This document shows positions 16,601-26,845 of a stretch of DNA of 64,000 nt, in pieces. Location of the stretch: IMG/VR virus record IMGVR_UViG_3300027756_000004. One strand, given 5' to 3'. Position 1 is the stretch's first letter; every line of letters begins with the position of its first letter. A model generated the notes under the pieces. The model worked only from the letters and a program-made list of their open reading frames with translations, was not told the DNA's origin and did no database searches. This DNA is from a virus. The translations under genes were made by a program, and so were the position numbers.

Positions 16601-19000
16601 ACTGCTGATACTGTGTACTATGTGCATTCTTTAGTGTCGGCCAACACCATTAAAATCAGCAACACGGCTGGTGGAGCTGTGAAAGTTTTGACCACTGCTA
16701 CTGGTGCATCTTATCTTGTATCAGCAGAAATAGTGGGTCAACGTGTGCAAATTTTAGAAGGTGTAGGCAGAGGACAATTTGGAGTGGTTGCATATTATGA
16801 TCACGCACTTAAACAAATAGATATAAAAAGACAATTTGATGGATTGCCTGGATTTGAACATTTATTAGGTGGATTGGCCATTGAGCCTCTGTTGGATGAA
16901 TCAACCAAATACAGCATTGAACCATTGATCAATTTTTCAGATCCCACATATTCTGCCACTAACGTAGTATTGCCCATCAGTGCTGCTTGGTCAGTGGTAG
17001 GGTCAGCTAGACTGCTGGGTCAGAATGTCACGGTAGTTTTAAGTGCATCAGGAGGATATTACACCATCAATGGCACCAGCTGGTCAGCATGCTCAGGATT
17101 GGCGCCTGTAAATTATCTTTACACTGCACGCAGCAGCACAACATTATTGGCTGTGTCCAACAACGCAATATCAGGCACCACTGATGGAATCAGTTGGACA
17201 GGATTGACTAATCCAGGTGGTGTTGGTAGTTTTACCAGCATTGCTTGTGAACAGGACGTGTTTATAATCACCACTAATCAAGGATTTATTTGTAGATCTA
17301 TTGACGCTGGTCAGTCTTGGACCACAGCACAGATAGCCAGTTATGATGGATCAACTCCAGCACTGACTCATTCAGCTGGAGGATCAGGCCTATTCATTGT
17401 GTGTGATGACATGGGACAAACCTATGAAAGTTCCAATCTAGGAGCCACTTGGAATCCAGGACCTGACATTGGCAGCGTAGGAATAAATGTGCAGGACATT
17501 GTGTATGGCAATAATAGATTTGTGGCAGCCTGCAATGATAATCCTAATGACTCCAGCACGCTGAGCAATAGATTTTATTACACATTGGCCAATCAAGCCA
17601 CTGTGATAGCATCTACCCCCACTGTGTGGCAACCTAGTGAATTACCGCCAGAAGCAGATCAATACACAATCAGTTATAGTCAAGGATGTTTTGTGGCAGT
17701 GACCGAATCAGGAGATCTAGCAGAAAGTATAGATGGCAAACATTGGAAAACATTGGGCACTCAGTTGACTGGTATTGCAGGAGATTATGTAAAGATTGCT
17801 GGTGGGTCAGTAAATGGTCCTTGTTTTATTCCTTTGACAGATGTTGCAGGAAACACAATTAAATTGATTAGATACGGTGCAAGGGCATTGGGAAGAGCAA
17901 GAGTGAATGGCGGAAGATTGAGTATTATAGAATTAATTGAACCAGGCAGTGGGTATTCTCAAACTCCTGTAATGACAATAGTTGATAATAACAATACCAT
18001 AGAAGCTTTGTTCACAGTGCGCACCAACAATGGCACATTAAGTCAACCTACTTTTACTAACAGAGGCACAGGATTCTTAAACGTAGCAGCCACGGTGTCA
18101 GGAAATGGATTAGCAGATAAATTTCAAACAGGAAAATTTTTAAGAATTAAAAACTTAACTAGATTACCTAGTCCAGGTGATAACGTGTCATTTGCGAGTA
18201 TTCCAGGAGTAATTTTTAAACTGGGTAACTTCGTAACGATAGGTGGAGTAGAGCCCAGCATTTATGGCACATTGAGAATAGGTCCAGGAGTGGATGCATT
18301 TTCGGCACCGCCGCACAATAATGTGATTACAATCAGACAGAACTACAGTCAAGTAAGATTAACAGGACATGACTTTTTAGACATTGGTACTGGTGGCAGA
18401 GTGACCACCAACTATCCACAAATATATTCACAAGGTTTCACAGCAGGTTATGAACCACAACCATTCAATGAAGTGGTTGAAGCAGGTGGAGGACGTGTGT
18501 TCTATACCAGCACTGACCAAAATGGTAACTTTAGAGTGGGAGAACAGTTCAAAGTGGAACAGTCCAGTGGTATTGTGACTTTGGCTGCAGACTTTTTCCA
18601 ATTGGAAGGACTGACTGAACTAGCATTGGGTGGTGTGGTATTGGGTGGATCTGGAGCAGTGATCCGTGAATTCAGCACTGACCAAACCATGGCTGCCAAC
18701 AGTGACAACATAGTGCCCACACAAAGAGCATTTATAGCTTATCTACAAAGTAGAATTCAAGGTGGTGGATCTGTGTTGAACGTGTCCAGTTTAAGAGCAG
18801 GAGCTATTCAGATACAAAACACCAACATATTGAATGTGGGTGGAGAAACCATTAATATTGAAGTCACAGCAAATATTAAAGGTGGAGTAAAAGGATCGCC
18901 TTTAGCGCTGAGTTATTTCTTGGGTGGTGTAGCATCCACAGCTCTAGATGAAGGCGATGCTGTCAGCGTATTTGATGCAAGCAATGGATATGGTAGTTAG
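13625..19000 (+). CDS. Giant tail fibre/spike protein: CBM5/12-like repeats, beta-helix, BNR/Asp-box-like propeller
   Basis: About nine W....Y..[GD]D.V.[YF]G...[YW].C...H.S repeats; IFIKTGVYEEILPI...GDELRST; S.D.G.[ST]W boxes; SQVRLTGHDFLDIGTG...DQNGNFRVG C-terminal module. Confidence 0.72.
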   Translation: MPEFKIERIRFRWRGDWSGTTVYIKDDVVRFGAKIYVCQIAHTANALFYVDFNDVNPKWVQMLDGQSWTGDWTPSTIYKLNDIVKLGSTLWICLDGHTSSADPANGISGVEAKWTVFAEGENWRGNWQSTTAYSKGDLVRYGAQSFYCETYHVSASVLEGLELDYVKWSLYTRHLDYKIDWTPNTRYKPDDIVKYGGTVYRVITGHQSAVSNAYVNPNFTTNTVAGTGAAFTVYRVGAVYYAQVTNNGTGWLASQQITVLGSLLGGFAPANNLVITILSVGAGGTISTVSVTGTALATADGLEADLVKYQTVISGIEYKGNYTQYVRYKKNDIVQYGGSSLWICTDPSDQGAFANSTILDENKWDIWLPGLGFEAAWSATTRYQPGDVVMYGGYSYVCKLTHLNILPTVAQDSSSAWNLLVPGYKLRGDWIDNDSTAASYYKTGDVVRSGGNLYIAVQDNAGVLPLATTSYDVGTYSPGPWQLLVTGKRWRGPWKQIDNVTNLAGYYYPGDVVTVAGTTYACKLYHISTQSLSKPTLDVTSPTTYWDKLAQGATTNVLEQVGDIKTQNAVGTKIAINIGSSGESLQITDSLPDWKTQDQIAKVFYVSVEGINGLTRGTTIQTAFRTVKYACDFVNADKPGRTPATIFIKTGVYEEILPINVPYDTALCGDELRSTIIMPAAGYESSNMFLVNNGSGIRNMTLKGLYGTLGAANQYFTRRPSAGAFVSLNPGNSPSDNTAWIVNKSPYIQNVSTFGDGCVGMKVDGDLHAGGNKSIVANDFTQIISNGIGFWVKGEGKSELVSVFTYYCHIGYLAENGGKVRATNGNNSYGTYGSVAEGVSQVEVPITAAVDNQTGEALINSVYNDENQIFCFGYSHTGQDYTSATISITGSGAGAAAYIGYENTRYQSISEVRLTDPFDSGITGGIAYTSFTGNTRGGNSTSFLLANQYEPDYEKNVTASLGNPVNTLTVQNIIGMKVGDQIIFPGVMFGGVTADTVYYVHSLVSANTIKISNTAGGAVKVLTTATGASYLVSAEIVGQRVQILEGVGRGQFGVVAYYDHALKQIDIKRQFDGLPGFEHLLGGLAIEPLLDESTKYSIEPLINFSDPTYSATNVVLPISAAWSVVGSARLLGQNVTVVLSASGGYYTINGTSWSACSGLAPVNYLYTARSSTTLLAVSNNAISGTTDGISWTGLTNPGGVGSFTSIACEQDVFIITTNQGFICRSIDAGQSWTTAQIASYDGSTPALTHSAGGSGLFIVCDDMGQTYESSNLGATWNPGPDIGSVGINVQDIVYGNNRFVAACNDNPNDSSTLSNRFYYTLANQATVIASTPTVWQPSELPPEADQYTISYSQGCFVAVTESGDLAESIDGKHWKTLGTQLTGIAGDYVKIAGGSVNGPCFIPLTDVAGNTIKLIRYGARALGRARVNGGRLSIIELIEPGSGYSQTPVMTIVDNNNTIEALFTVRTNNGTLSQPTFTNRGTGFLNVAATVSGNGLADKFQTGKFLRIKNLTRLPSPGDNVSFASIPGVIFKLGNFVTIGGVEPSIYGTLRIGPGVDAFSAPPHNNVITIRQNYSQVRLTGHDFLDIGTGGRVTTNYPQIYSQGFTAGYEPQPFNEVVEAGGGRVFYTSTDQNGNFRVGEQFKVEQSSGIVTLAADFFQLEGLTELALGGVVLGGSGAVIREFSTDQTMAANSDNIVPTQRAFIAYLQSRIQGGGSVLNVSSLRAGAIQIQNTNILNVGGETINIEVTANIKGGVKGSPLALSYFLGGVASTALDEGDAVSVFDASNGYGS

Positions 19001-19036
19001 TATGATAAATAACAACATAACAGGGAATTCATAAAA

Positions 19037-22000
19037 ATGGCTGAGTTTAAATTAGGTAGGATTAGGTTTATTTGGAAGGGAGCCTGGATCACTTCAGTAA
19101 CCTATTTCATCGATGACGTAATTAGATACGGTGGTCGTACCTATATTTGTGTGGTGGGACACACCAGCGGAGTATTCCAAACAAATTTAACTGCTGGCTA
19201 TTGGAACCTGATGAGTGATGGTCAGGAATGGAAAAACGATTGGTCATTAAACACCACATACAAACCCAATGACATTGTAAAATATGGCGGATATTTGTAC
19301 ATTGCCAACCAAGGACACACATCAGCAGCCACCCTTGCACTAGGACTGGAAGCAGATCAAGCCAAATGGGATTTATTTTCAGAAGGATTTGATTACAAAT
19401 CAGATTGGACAGTTCTTACTAGATACAAAGTAAACGACTTAGTCAAGTATGGAGCCTACATCTACACCTGTATCACTGCACACACATCTGCTGCTAGTGC
19501 TGCATTAGGTTTAGAAAATAACATTGCCAACTGGGAAGTGTTCTCCAAAGGATTCAATTGGTTGAATGCTTGGACCGCTCTTACTAGATATAAATTAGGA
19601 GATGTGGTAAGATATGGTGGACAACTGTACACTTGTAATCTTGGTCACACTTCAAATGTATCTGCCACTACATTGGGTGGTGGACTGGAAGCAGATCAAG
19701 CCAAATGGGATTATCTACACAAAGGTATAGAATACAAAACAGATTGGACTATCAACACCAGATACAAAATTAATGATGTGGTCAAGTGGGGACCAAGCCT
19801 TTGGATCTGTACCACTTTCCACGTGTCTAGCGGCACCACACTCACAGCAGATCAGGCCAACTGGGCTGTGTTTGTACCAGGATTAGAATTTGAAGATTCA
19901 TGGAGTTCAGCCACAAATTATCAAATAGGAGACTTTGTGACCTACGGAGGTTACGGATATGTGGCCAAGACCAACAGTATTAATAAAAATCCCAGCACTT
20001 TTGTAACTGTTGATTGGGATTTATTTGTCACAGGATTCCGTTTGATTGGAGATTACTCTGCTGGCACTGCATACAAAACTGGCGACGTAGCACGTTTGGG
20101 TGGCTTCACTTATATTTGTATTCTAGACAGCATTGGCAACAGACCACCCAATGTCACTTATTGGAGCAAACTCAATGAAGGAATCTATTGGAAAGGCAAC
20201 TGGGCCAATAGCACATTGTATGACAAAGGTGATGTGGTGCGAGGTATCATCAACGCCAACAACACATACATTTGTATATTAGGACATACTTCCAACAACG
20301 TGGGACCTGCCATAATTACTCAACCTGATTATGCACCAGGAGCAGGAGTGGACACAGGCACCTACTGGCAATTATTATCAGGAGGTGCAGAAAGCTCAGC
20401 ACTTACCACACAGGGAGATTTATTATTGTATGGCCCGTCAGGTCCAACAAGATTGCCAATTGGACTTTCAGGTCAAACATTATTAGTGAATTCTGCAGGC
20501 ACATTGCCTGAGTGGGGTTACTTTGGAAAAATTAACAACGTATGGTATGTGGCTCTTTCAGGTGTGGACGCACCAGCTCCAGACTATGGTGCCACATTGA
20601 ATCAACCTTGGAAAACCATTCAGTATTGTCTTAAAGAGATAGACAAAGGACCGTTGTATCCTAACGCAAAAAATTTATTATTGAGAAACAAAGCATTTGT
20701 GCAAAGAGAAACCGTGGCTTATATCAATGCCACATACACAACCACTTGTAGCAATACCACCACAAGCACTAATCTAATCACTTGTGCCAGCACTGCAAAT
20801 TTAAGAGTGGGCATGAGAGTTGAATTTACTGGCACCACATTTGGTGGCATCAACATTTCAACAGAATATTATATCATAACAAAAACTTCTACTAATATCT
20901 CAGTGAGTTTGACTGCGTCAGGCTCTGCAGTCGCACTTTCAACTGCAGCAGGAACAATGACAGTGAAATTAAAATATGATCAAACCAAATGTTTGAGAGA
21001 CATAGGTCAAATTATTGACGCTGTGATTTTTGATCTAGGTCATGGTGGCAACGAAAAAAGCAGATTGGCTGCAATTTCCTACTACACTGGCAGTGGATCT
21101 TATGTGTATGGACAAGAAGTAGAAACCAGTGCTGCAATCACATTTGCCAAAACAGTGATTGATGCTGCCATATCTAATGACAACGCTTATGTAGAATTAC
21201 AAGCGACTGTGCCTCAAGTGATTGACGCTACTAAAATAGAAGAACCAGAAGCATTTGGCATCATTACCACATTGATGAACATTGTGATTGATAGCATCAC
21301 AGCTGGTGACATTGATGATGTGCCAGCAGAAAGAATTGCCAACAACACCGTATTTGTAAAAACTGGAACATTTTTTGAAGTGCTGCCCTTATATGTGCGT
21401 GAAAGCACAGCTATTGTGGGAGATGAATTAAGAAGCACCAATATCAGACCTGCACCCAGTTATGTGGACGTACAAGACGTGCCATATTCATTGACAGGCA
21501 TTGATAGATTAAAAAATATAATTGATGACATCATTACCAACACAGCGATCACACCTACGCCTGCAGGTTATATTAGAGTTGTCTCAACTCCAGCATTAGA
21601 TGCACTTAGAACAGCAGGCACTTACACAGCAGTGGCTGTCACAGGTGGTGCAGGATCCAGCGCAACTTTTAACGCCACAGTAGCAGCTGGAGGAGCGATC
21701 ACATCATTCACTATTAATAATGCAGGATCAGGTTACGCCGCAGGCAACACCCTGACCATAGCCTCAGGTTTGTTGGGAGCTTCCAGTTTAGCTACCACAT
21801 TCACAGTGACCACCATAGGTGCAGGCACCGTGGCACAGGCAGGAGCACAAAATACCAACCTTCCAGCAGGATCCAACGCAGCAGCCACTTCAGCAGTGGC
21901 CATTGTGGATGACATTTATGATTATATTGGTTACAACGTATTGGATGACAGCACCACTTATTCTAATCCTGTGATGTCAGGTTCTAATTTACCCAACACT

Positions 22001-25000
22001 GCAATAGGTTACACAGATGCTGTGTTGAGACTGATTGAAAACAAAGAATACATAGCCACAGAAATAGTAGAATACAGTAAAAAAACCAATGCTTCCAGTG
22101 CATTCTACACTTATTTCACAGCAGCCAATGAAGCGTCTTGCAAAAGAGATATAAGAGAATATGTGGATGCTGTATGTCATGATTTAATTTACACCGGCAA
22201 TTGGAAATCATTGATAGCTGCCAAATATTACGAAACTGCTGTGTCAGGCAGTGTCACTTCCAACATGTTCTTAATGAGAAACGGCACAGGATTAAGAAAC
22301 TGCACCCTGCAAGGATTGGCAGGCACATTATCTGCGCCCAACGGCTATGGCACTCAAAGACCCACAGCAGGAGCTTATGTATCATTGGATGCAGGTTGGG
22401 GACCAGCACATGAAGATATGTGGATCACTAACAAATCACCCTATGTGCAAAACGTATCCACATTCGGCTCAGGTTGCGTGGGATTAAAAGTGGATGGTGC
22501 ATTACACAACGGTGGAAACGATTCCGTAGTGGCCAACGACTTTACACAAATTTTATCAGACGGTATTGGATTCTGGGTGACCAACTTGGGCAGATCAGAA
22601 TTAGTATCAGTGTTTTCATATTACAATCACATTGGCTATTTGGCTGAAAATGGCGGAAAAGTAAGAGCCACCAATGGTAACAATTCTTATGGTAAATTCG
22701 GATCAGTGTCTGAAGGTGGAGATGTCACTGAAACACCAATCACTTGTACTGTGGACAACAAGAGCACAGACGCTACCATAGGTAATACTTTCACAGATGG
22801 TAATAGAATATTAGCAATGGAATACACCAATGCTGGTACCAACTACACCACAGCAGCAGTGCATACAATATCTGGAGATGGATTTGGCATCACAGGCACC
22901 ACTGCTACCATACGCAATGGTGGTGTGTATGAAATAAGATTGAATGAAACTGTCACATCACCTGAAAGCAACTATGGTGGTGACGGATACAGTTCTTCTG
23001 CCAACGTGGCACAGAACGGCACAGACAAAACTGTAACAATTTCCAACACTGACACAGCATTGGCTGCTGAGTTAACAGGTTTAGCCATATGGTTGATTTC
23101 AGGATTAGGTGCAGGGCAATATGCATACATTGTGGGATTCAATGCAGGTTCAAAAGCTACCAAAGTGGCCAGACCTTCATTCCCCAGCATGACAGTCACA
23201 GCTGCCACTGCTTCCAATGATAGATTCACCACTGCCAGCACCAGCAACTTAGATTTGAACATGCCTTTGATGTTCAGTGGCACAGCATTTGGCGGAGTAA
23301 CCACCACAGCCACCAACCCAACCATTTATTATGTGAAAACTATTTCTTCAGCCACACAATTCACCATCAGCACCACACCAGGTGGCACTGCGTTTGATAT
23401 CACAGCAGATGCCGCAGGCACCATGTATGTACACAAGGCAGGATGGGATCATTTGGTGAACACCACTTGTACCAACACCACAGTAACCACAGATGTAATC
23501 ACTTGTGCATCCACTTCAGCATTGTACGTGGGCGCAGCAGTGCAGTTTGATGGACCAACATTTGGTGGCATCAGCACATACACTCAATACTATGTGAAAG
23601 CTGTTTCCTCTGCCACACAATTCACCATCAGTACCACCTTAGGTGGTGCAGCAGTCACACTTTCAACTGCTTCAGGCACCATGAGTGTGAGAGTAGTGGA
23701 AGCTACATTGGATGGCACTACCCAATATGAATATGTGCCGCGCATCATAGTGAGCGCTCCTGCATCAGGAGTCACGACAATTGCGAGAGCAGTGGTCACC
23801 ACTGAAAAAATATCATCTATAAGAATTATTGAGCCAGGATCAGGACACGTAACCACTCCCACAGTGACCATTGTGGATCCCAGCAACACTGTGGAAGCAC
23901 CAGTGCAAGTGTTCTATGGAGATGGCGCTTTGGGTCAACCAACATTTACCAACCGAGGAACAGCCTACCTCACAGCAATAACCACTGTGACAGAAACAGG
24001 AGTGGTACGCACTGTGAACGGCATCACCAACGCTAATCCAGGTGTGGTGACCACCAGTGCTGCTCATGGTTACGCAGATGGAACCAAAGTTATTTTTGCC
24101 AATGTGGCAGGTATATTCCAAATCAATAGTGGCACATGGTTTTACACTAAATCACTCACTGGAACCACATTCCAATTGTATGTGGATGAGGCTTTAACTG
24201 TGGGATTGAATACCACCAGCTTTGGCACGTACATAGCTTCAGCAGGCACAGTGACAGCATTTGGTGGATTTAGAAACAGTTTACAAAGCGGCAGTTTCAT
24301 TCAAGTGCAAGGATTAACACAAATTCCTCAAGCAGGTTCCAATGTGGAGTTTGCATCCATCGCAGGCGAATGGTACAAATTGGTTACTGTGCAAAATCTT
24401 TTAGGCACACAATATCCATTCACAGCATTGTTACAAGTGAGTCCACAAATAGGAGTAGGAGAAGCTCCACCACATGGAACTGTTATCACAATTAAAATTA
24501 GATATTCACAAATTAGATTGACTGGTCATGATTTCTTAGACATTGGCACTGGTGGTTTTGTTTCAACCAATTATCCTGGCATACCTTTACAAGCAGCTAA
24601 TGGTGACAACGAAACTGTGGAGAATGGTGGAGGCAGAGTATTTTTTACCAGCACAGATCAAGATGGTAATTTTAGAGTAGGTGATTTATTCTCCGTGGAA
24701 CAAAGCACAGGTATTGCCACATTGAATGCAGATGCATTCAACATTTCAGGATTACAAGAACTTCAGTTGGGTGAATTAGTATTGGGAGGCACCAGTGCTT
24801 CCATCAACGAATTCTCCACAGACGGTACAATGGCAGCTGACAGTGACCAAATCGTGCCCACTCAGAGAGCGATTAGAACATATATATCTAGTCAGATCGG
24901 TGGTGGAGCCAGCAGTTTGAATGTGAACCAGATTACTGCAGGTTTGATCACAATATTCAGCAATACCATTGAGACCACCACTGGAGTGACAATAAACTTT

Positions 25001-25072
25001 GATTCCCCTGTGAATTTCACAAAAGGGATAAAAGGAACACCCGTAGCATTGGGGTATTTCTTACAAGGATAA
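19037..25072 (+). CDS. Giant tail fibre/spike protein (paralog of 13625-19000) with two phycobiliprotein-like inserts
   Basis: Same repeats, beta-helix and C-terminal module as its paralog. Inserts carry KCLRDIG (Cys codon 20990) and SCKRDIR (Cys codon 22139). Preceded by TAAATA 19006-19011. Confidence 0.72.
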   Translation: MAEFKLGRIRFIWKGAWITSVTYFIDDVIRYGGRTYICVVGHTSGVFQTNLTAGYWNLMSDGQEWKNDWSLNTTYKPNDIVKYGGYLYIANQGHTSAATLALGLEADQAKWDLFSEGFDYKSDWTVLTRYKVNDLVKYGAYIYTCITAHTSAASAALGLENNIANWEVFSKGFNWLNAWTALTRYKLGDVVRYGGQLYTCNLGHTSNVSATTLGGGLEADQAKWDYLHKGIEYKTDWTINTRYKINDVVKWGPSLWICTTFHVSSGTTLTADQANWAVFVPGLEFEDSWSSATNYQIGDFVTYGGYGYVAKTNSINKNPSTFVTVDWDLFVTGFRLIGDYSAGTAYKTGDVARLGGFTYICILDSIGNRPPNVTYWSKLNEGIYWKGNWANSTLYDKGDVVRGIINANNTYICILGHTSNNVGPAIITQPDYAPGAGVDTGTYWQLLSGGAESSALTTQGDLLLYGPSGPTRLPIGLSGQTLLVNSAGTLPEWGYFGKINNVWYVALSGVDAPAPDYGATLNQPWKTIQYCLKEIDKGPLYPNAKNLLLRNKAFVQRETVAYINATYTTTCSNTTTSTNLITCASTANLRVGMRVEFTGTTFGGINISTEYYIITKTSTNISVSLTASGSAVALSTAAGTMTVKLKYDQTKCLRDIGQIIDAVIFDLGHGGNEKSRLAAISYYTGSGSYVYGQEVETSAAITFAKTVIDAAISNDNAYVELQATVPQVIDATKIEEPEAFGIITTLMNIVIDSITAGDIDDVPAERIANNTVFVKTGTFFEVLPLYVRESTAIVGDELRSTNIRPAPSYVDVQDVPYSLTGIDRLKNIIDDIITNTAITPTPAGYIRVVSTPALDALRTAGTYTAVAVTGGAGSSATFNATVAAGGAITSFTINNAGSGYAAGNTLTIASGLLGASSLATTFTVTTIGAGTVAQAGAQNTNLPAGSNAAATSAVAIVDDIYDYIGYNVLDDSTTYSNPVMSGSNLPNTAIGYTDAVLRLIENKEYIATEIVEYSKKTNASSAFYTYFTAANEASCKRDIREYVDAVCHDLIYTGNWKSLIAAKYYETAVSGSVTSNMFLMRNGTGLRNCTLQGLAGTLSAPNGYGTQRPTAGAYVSLDAGWGPAHEDMWITNKSPYVQNVSTFGSGCVGLKVDGALHNGGNDSVVANDFTQILSDGIGFWVTNLGRSELVSVFSYYNHIGYLAENGGKVRATNGNNSYGKFGSVSEGGDVTETPITCTVDNKSTDATIGNTFTDGNRILAMEYTNAGTNYTTAAVHTISGDGFGITGTTATIRNGGVYEIRLNETVTSPESNYGGDGYSSSANVAQNGTDKTVTISNTDTALAAELTGLAIWLISGLGAGQYAYIVGFNAGSKATKVARPSFPSMTVTAATASNDRFTTASTSNLDLNMPLMFSGTAFGGVTTTATNPTIYYVKTISSATQFTISTTPGGTAFDITADAAGTMYVHKAGWDHLVNTTCTNTTVTTDVITCASTSALYVGAAVQFDGPTFGGISTYTQYYVKAVSSATQFTISTTLGGAAVTLSTASGTMSVRVVEATLDGTTQYEYVPRIIVSAPASGVTTIARAVVTTEKISSIRIIEPGSGHVTTPTVTIVDPSNTVEAPVQVFYGDGALGQPTFTNRGTAYLTAITTVTETGVVRTVNGITNANPGVVTTSAAHGYADGTKVIFANVAGIFQINSGTWFYTKSLTGTTFQLYVDEALTVGLNTTSFGTYIASAGTVTAFGGFRNSLQSGSFIQVQGLTQIPQAGSNVEFASIAGEWYKLVTVQNLLGTQYPFTALLQVSPQIGVGEAPPHGTVITIKIRYSQIRLTGHDFLDIGTGGFVSTNYPGIPLQAANGDNETVENGGGRVFFTSTDQDGNFRVGDLFSVEQSTGIATLNADAFNISGLQELQLGELVLGGTSASINEFSTDGTMAADSDQIVPTQRAIRTYISSQIGGGASSLNVNQITAGLITIFSNTIETTTGVTINFDSPVNFTKGIKGTPVALGYFLQG
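19343..19373 (+). repeat. 31-bp exact intragenic repeat (second copy 19682-19712)
   Basis: GGACTGGAAGCAGATCAAGCCAAATGGGATT occurs twice, encoding GLEADQAKWD. Confidence 0.85.
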
Positions 25073-25100
25073 CTAGAGTACAACAAAAGGAGAACAGTAA

Positions 25101-25427
25101 ATGGCAACAGGAAGATTGGGAGCAGCGAACTTAGGAGCTGCTGCTTTGAACACAGTGTACCTTTGTCCAGCTGATACGTTTGCAGTGGTTGCTGTGAACT
25201 TCCTAAATCGAGGCAATCAGGCTCAGACCTTTAGATTGGCTGTGGCTACGACAGACACACCAAACGCAAACGGATCTGAATGGATTGAGTACGATGTGGA
25301 AGTGCTATCCAAAGGAGTGCTGGAAAGAACCGGCTTAGTTTTGGCAGCATCACAGAGATTAGTGGCATACGCATCAGGGGGCAACGCTAGTGTGGTGGTT
25401 TACGGCATTGAAACATCAACGCTGTAA
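25101..25427 (+). CDS. Small virion adaptor-like protein, paralog 3
   Basis: VYLCPA.T.AVV.VN.LNR...FRLA...IEYD....GVLERTGLVL.....LV.....SVVVYGIE pattern; SD AGGAG. Confidence 0.6.
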   Translation: MATGRLGAANLGAAALNTVYLCPADTFAVVAVNFLNRGNQAQTFRLAVATTDTPNANGSEWIEYDVEVLSKGVLERTGLVLAASQRLVAYASGGNASVVVYGIETSTL

Positions 25428-25473
25428 TATTACATACAATAGCATAAATACAAGCAAACAAAAGGACTAAAAC

Positions 25474-25806
25474 ATGGGAAGATACATATCAACAACCGGA
25501 ACCGCTGGCATAGTGATCAGAGAAGTTACGACCACTTATCAAGCAGTGGTAAATGATAGAATTTTAGCAAACAGCTCAGCTGGTGCTTTTACTATCACTT
25601 TGCCTCTGAATGCAAGTTTGTTGAACAATGACACCATTCAAATCATAGATGTTGGCAGTGCTGCAGGCACCAACAACATCACCGTGGCTAGAAATGGTTC
25701 ATTAATCAACGGTGCAGCTGATAATTTAACAATTGACTTGAATCAAGCAATTGTGACTTTGATCTACACAGGGGTTACTAACGGTTGGATTGTGGGCGCA
25801 GTATAA
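25474..25806 (+). CDS. Small fibre-associated protein resembling a T4 gp34-type domain
   Basis: Y.A...DRI..NSS.GAFTITLP......D.I.IID......NN.TV.RNG..ING....L.ID......L.Y.....GW pattern. Confidence 0.55.
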   Translation: MGRYISTTGTAGIVIREVTTTYQAVVNDRILANSSAGAFTITLPLNASLLNNDTIQIIDVGSAAGTNNITVARNGSLINGAADNLTIDLNQAIVTLIYTGVTNGWIVGAV

Positions 25807-25857
25807 TATAAAAATAAATTTTATACAGCATCACATACCAGAAAAGGATTTGAAAGA

Positions 25858-26841
25858 ATGGCAAGTTTAAAAACACTCACTGCAACTAAGAGATCTGACT
25901 TTCCACAGGTCACCGAAACCAATGTGGAAGCTGGACAAATCTTTCACTTTTCCATGGGAGCCAACTTTGAAGTTTTCAACAATGGTATCTGTTTCAAACC
26001 CTGTCAATCAGGCACAGCCATAATTGAATTGTGGGGAGCTGGAGGATCAGCTGCTCAAATGTGTTGTTGCGGATTTGGTCTGCCAGGCAATCCAGGTGCT
26101 TATGCACGCAAAACTGTAGTTTTATCATGCTGTGGATACATCTCTGGACAAGTAGGAAATTCATGTGGCAATTCAAGCGCACTGTGTTTTAGAGGATGTG
26201 GAGATGCCACAGGCGTAACTTATTATCCCATTGGCACAGGTGCAGGACAAGGTTGTGTGTGTGCTCAGGGTGGTAGAGGTGGAATTTCTTATTGCAGCAC
26301 AGGCACCAATGCCTATTGCTGTTTTTTATCAGGCGCATTTTATAGCAGTATAGGTTTAGATGGCAACTGCGGCATTGTGTGCAACAAATGCTGTTCAGGT
26401 GGATGGTGTGCTCAGTCCTACGGTGGAGATTTAAATTGTCCAGGTGGATTCAGTTGTGTGAGTTTCCTTGGAGCATCAGGCAGTTCATGTCCTTGTCAAT
26501 CAAATGTTCACGTGCAAGGTCCTGCAGGATATTTTTCCAAATGCGGAGTAGTGGTATCTTACAATTCAGATGACGGCAATGGTTTTGCCAACTGGTCAGG
26601 TCAAGGCAGAGGTCAGTATGCTCAAGCATTGGCAGCTGCCAGCAGATGGCCACAAATGGGAGCTCAAATGGCCACTTGTTGGGGATTTTCAGGCAATTGT
26701 GGTTGTTATGAAAATGAAGGATGTCAACATCTATTACCGCCAGGATTTCCTGGGGGAATACCACACCCATGCCCAGGCGTGAGAGATCACGCACAGCGAG
26801 GTGGTATGGGAGCAATCAGAATTAAATGGATAGCAGGATAA
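25858..26841 (+). CDS. Cys-rich, Gly-rich tail fibre tip/adhesin-like protein 1
   Basis: IELWGAGGS...GG.G.IRI glycine-rich domain framing; about 30 Cys in 327 aa, including MCCCG. Confidence 0.6.
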   Translation: MASLKTLTATKRSDFPQVTETNVEAGQIFHFSMGANFEVFNNGICFKPCQSGTAIIELWGAGGSAAQMCCCGFGLPGNPGAYARKTVVLSCCGYISGQVGNSCGNSSALCFRGCGDATGVTYYPIGTGAGQGCVCAQGGRGGISYCSTGTNAYCCFLSGAFYSSIGLDGNCGIVCNKCCSGGWCAQSYGGDLNCPGGFSCVSFLGASGSSCPCQSNVHVQGPAGYFSKCGVVVSYNSDDGNGFANWSGQGRGQYAQALAAASRWPQMGAQMATCWGFSGNCGCYENEGCQHLLPPGFPGGIPHPCPGVRDHAQRGGMGAIRIKWIAG

Positions 26842-26845
26842 TCAT

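Noticed and set aside
13625-20400. CRISPR-like periodic repeats
   Set aside because: The periodicity comes from protein repeats with degenerate DNA; there is no constant repeat with unique spacers.
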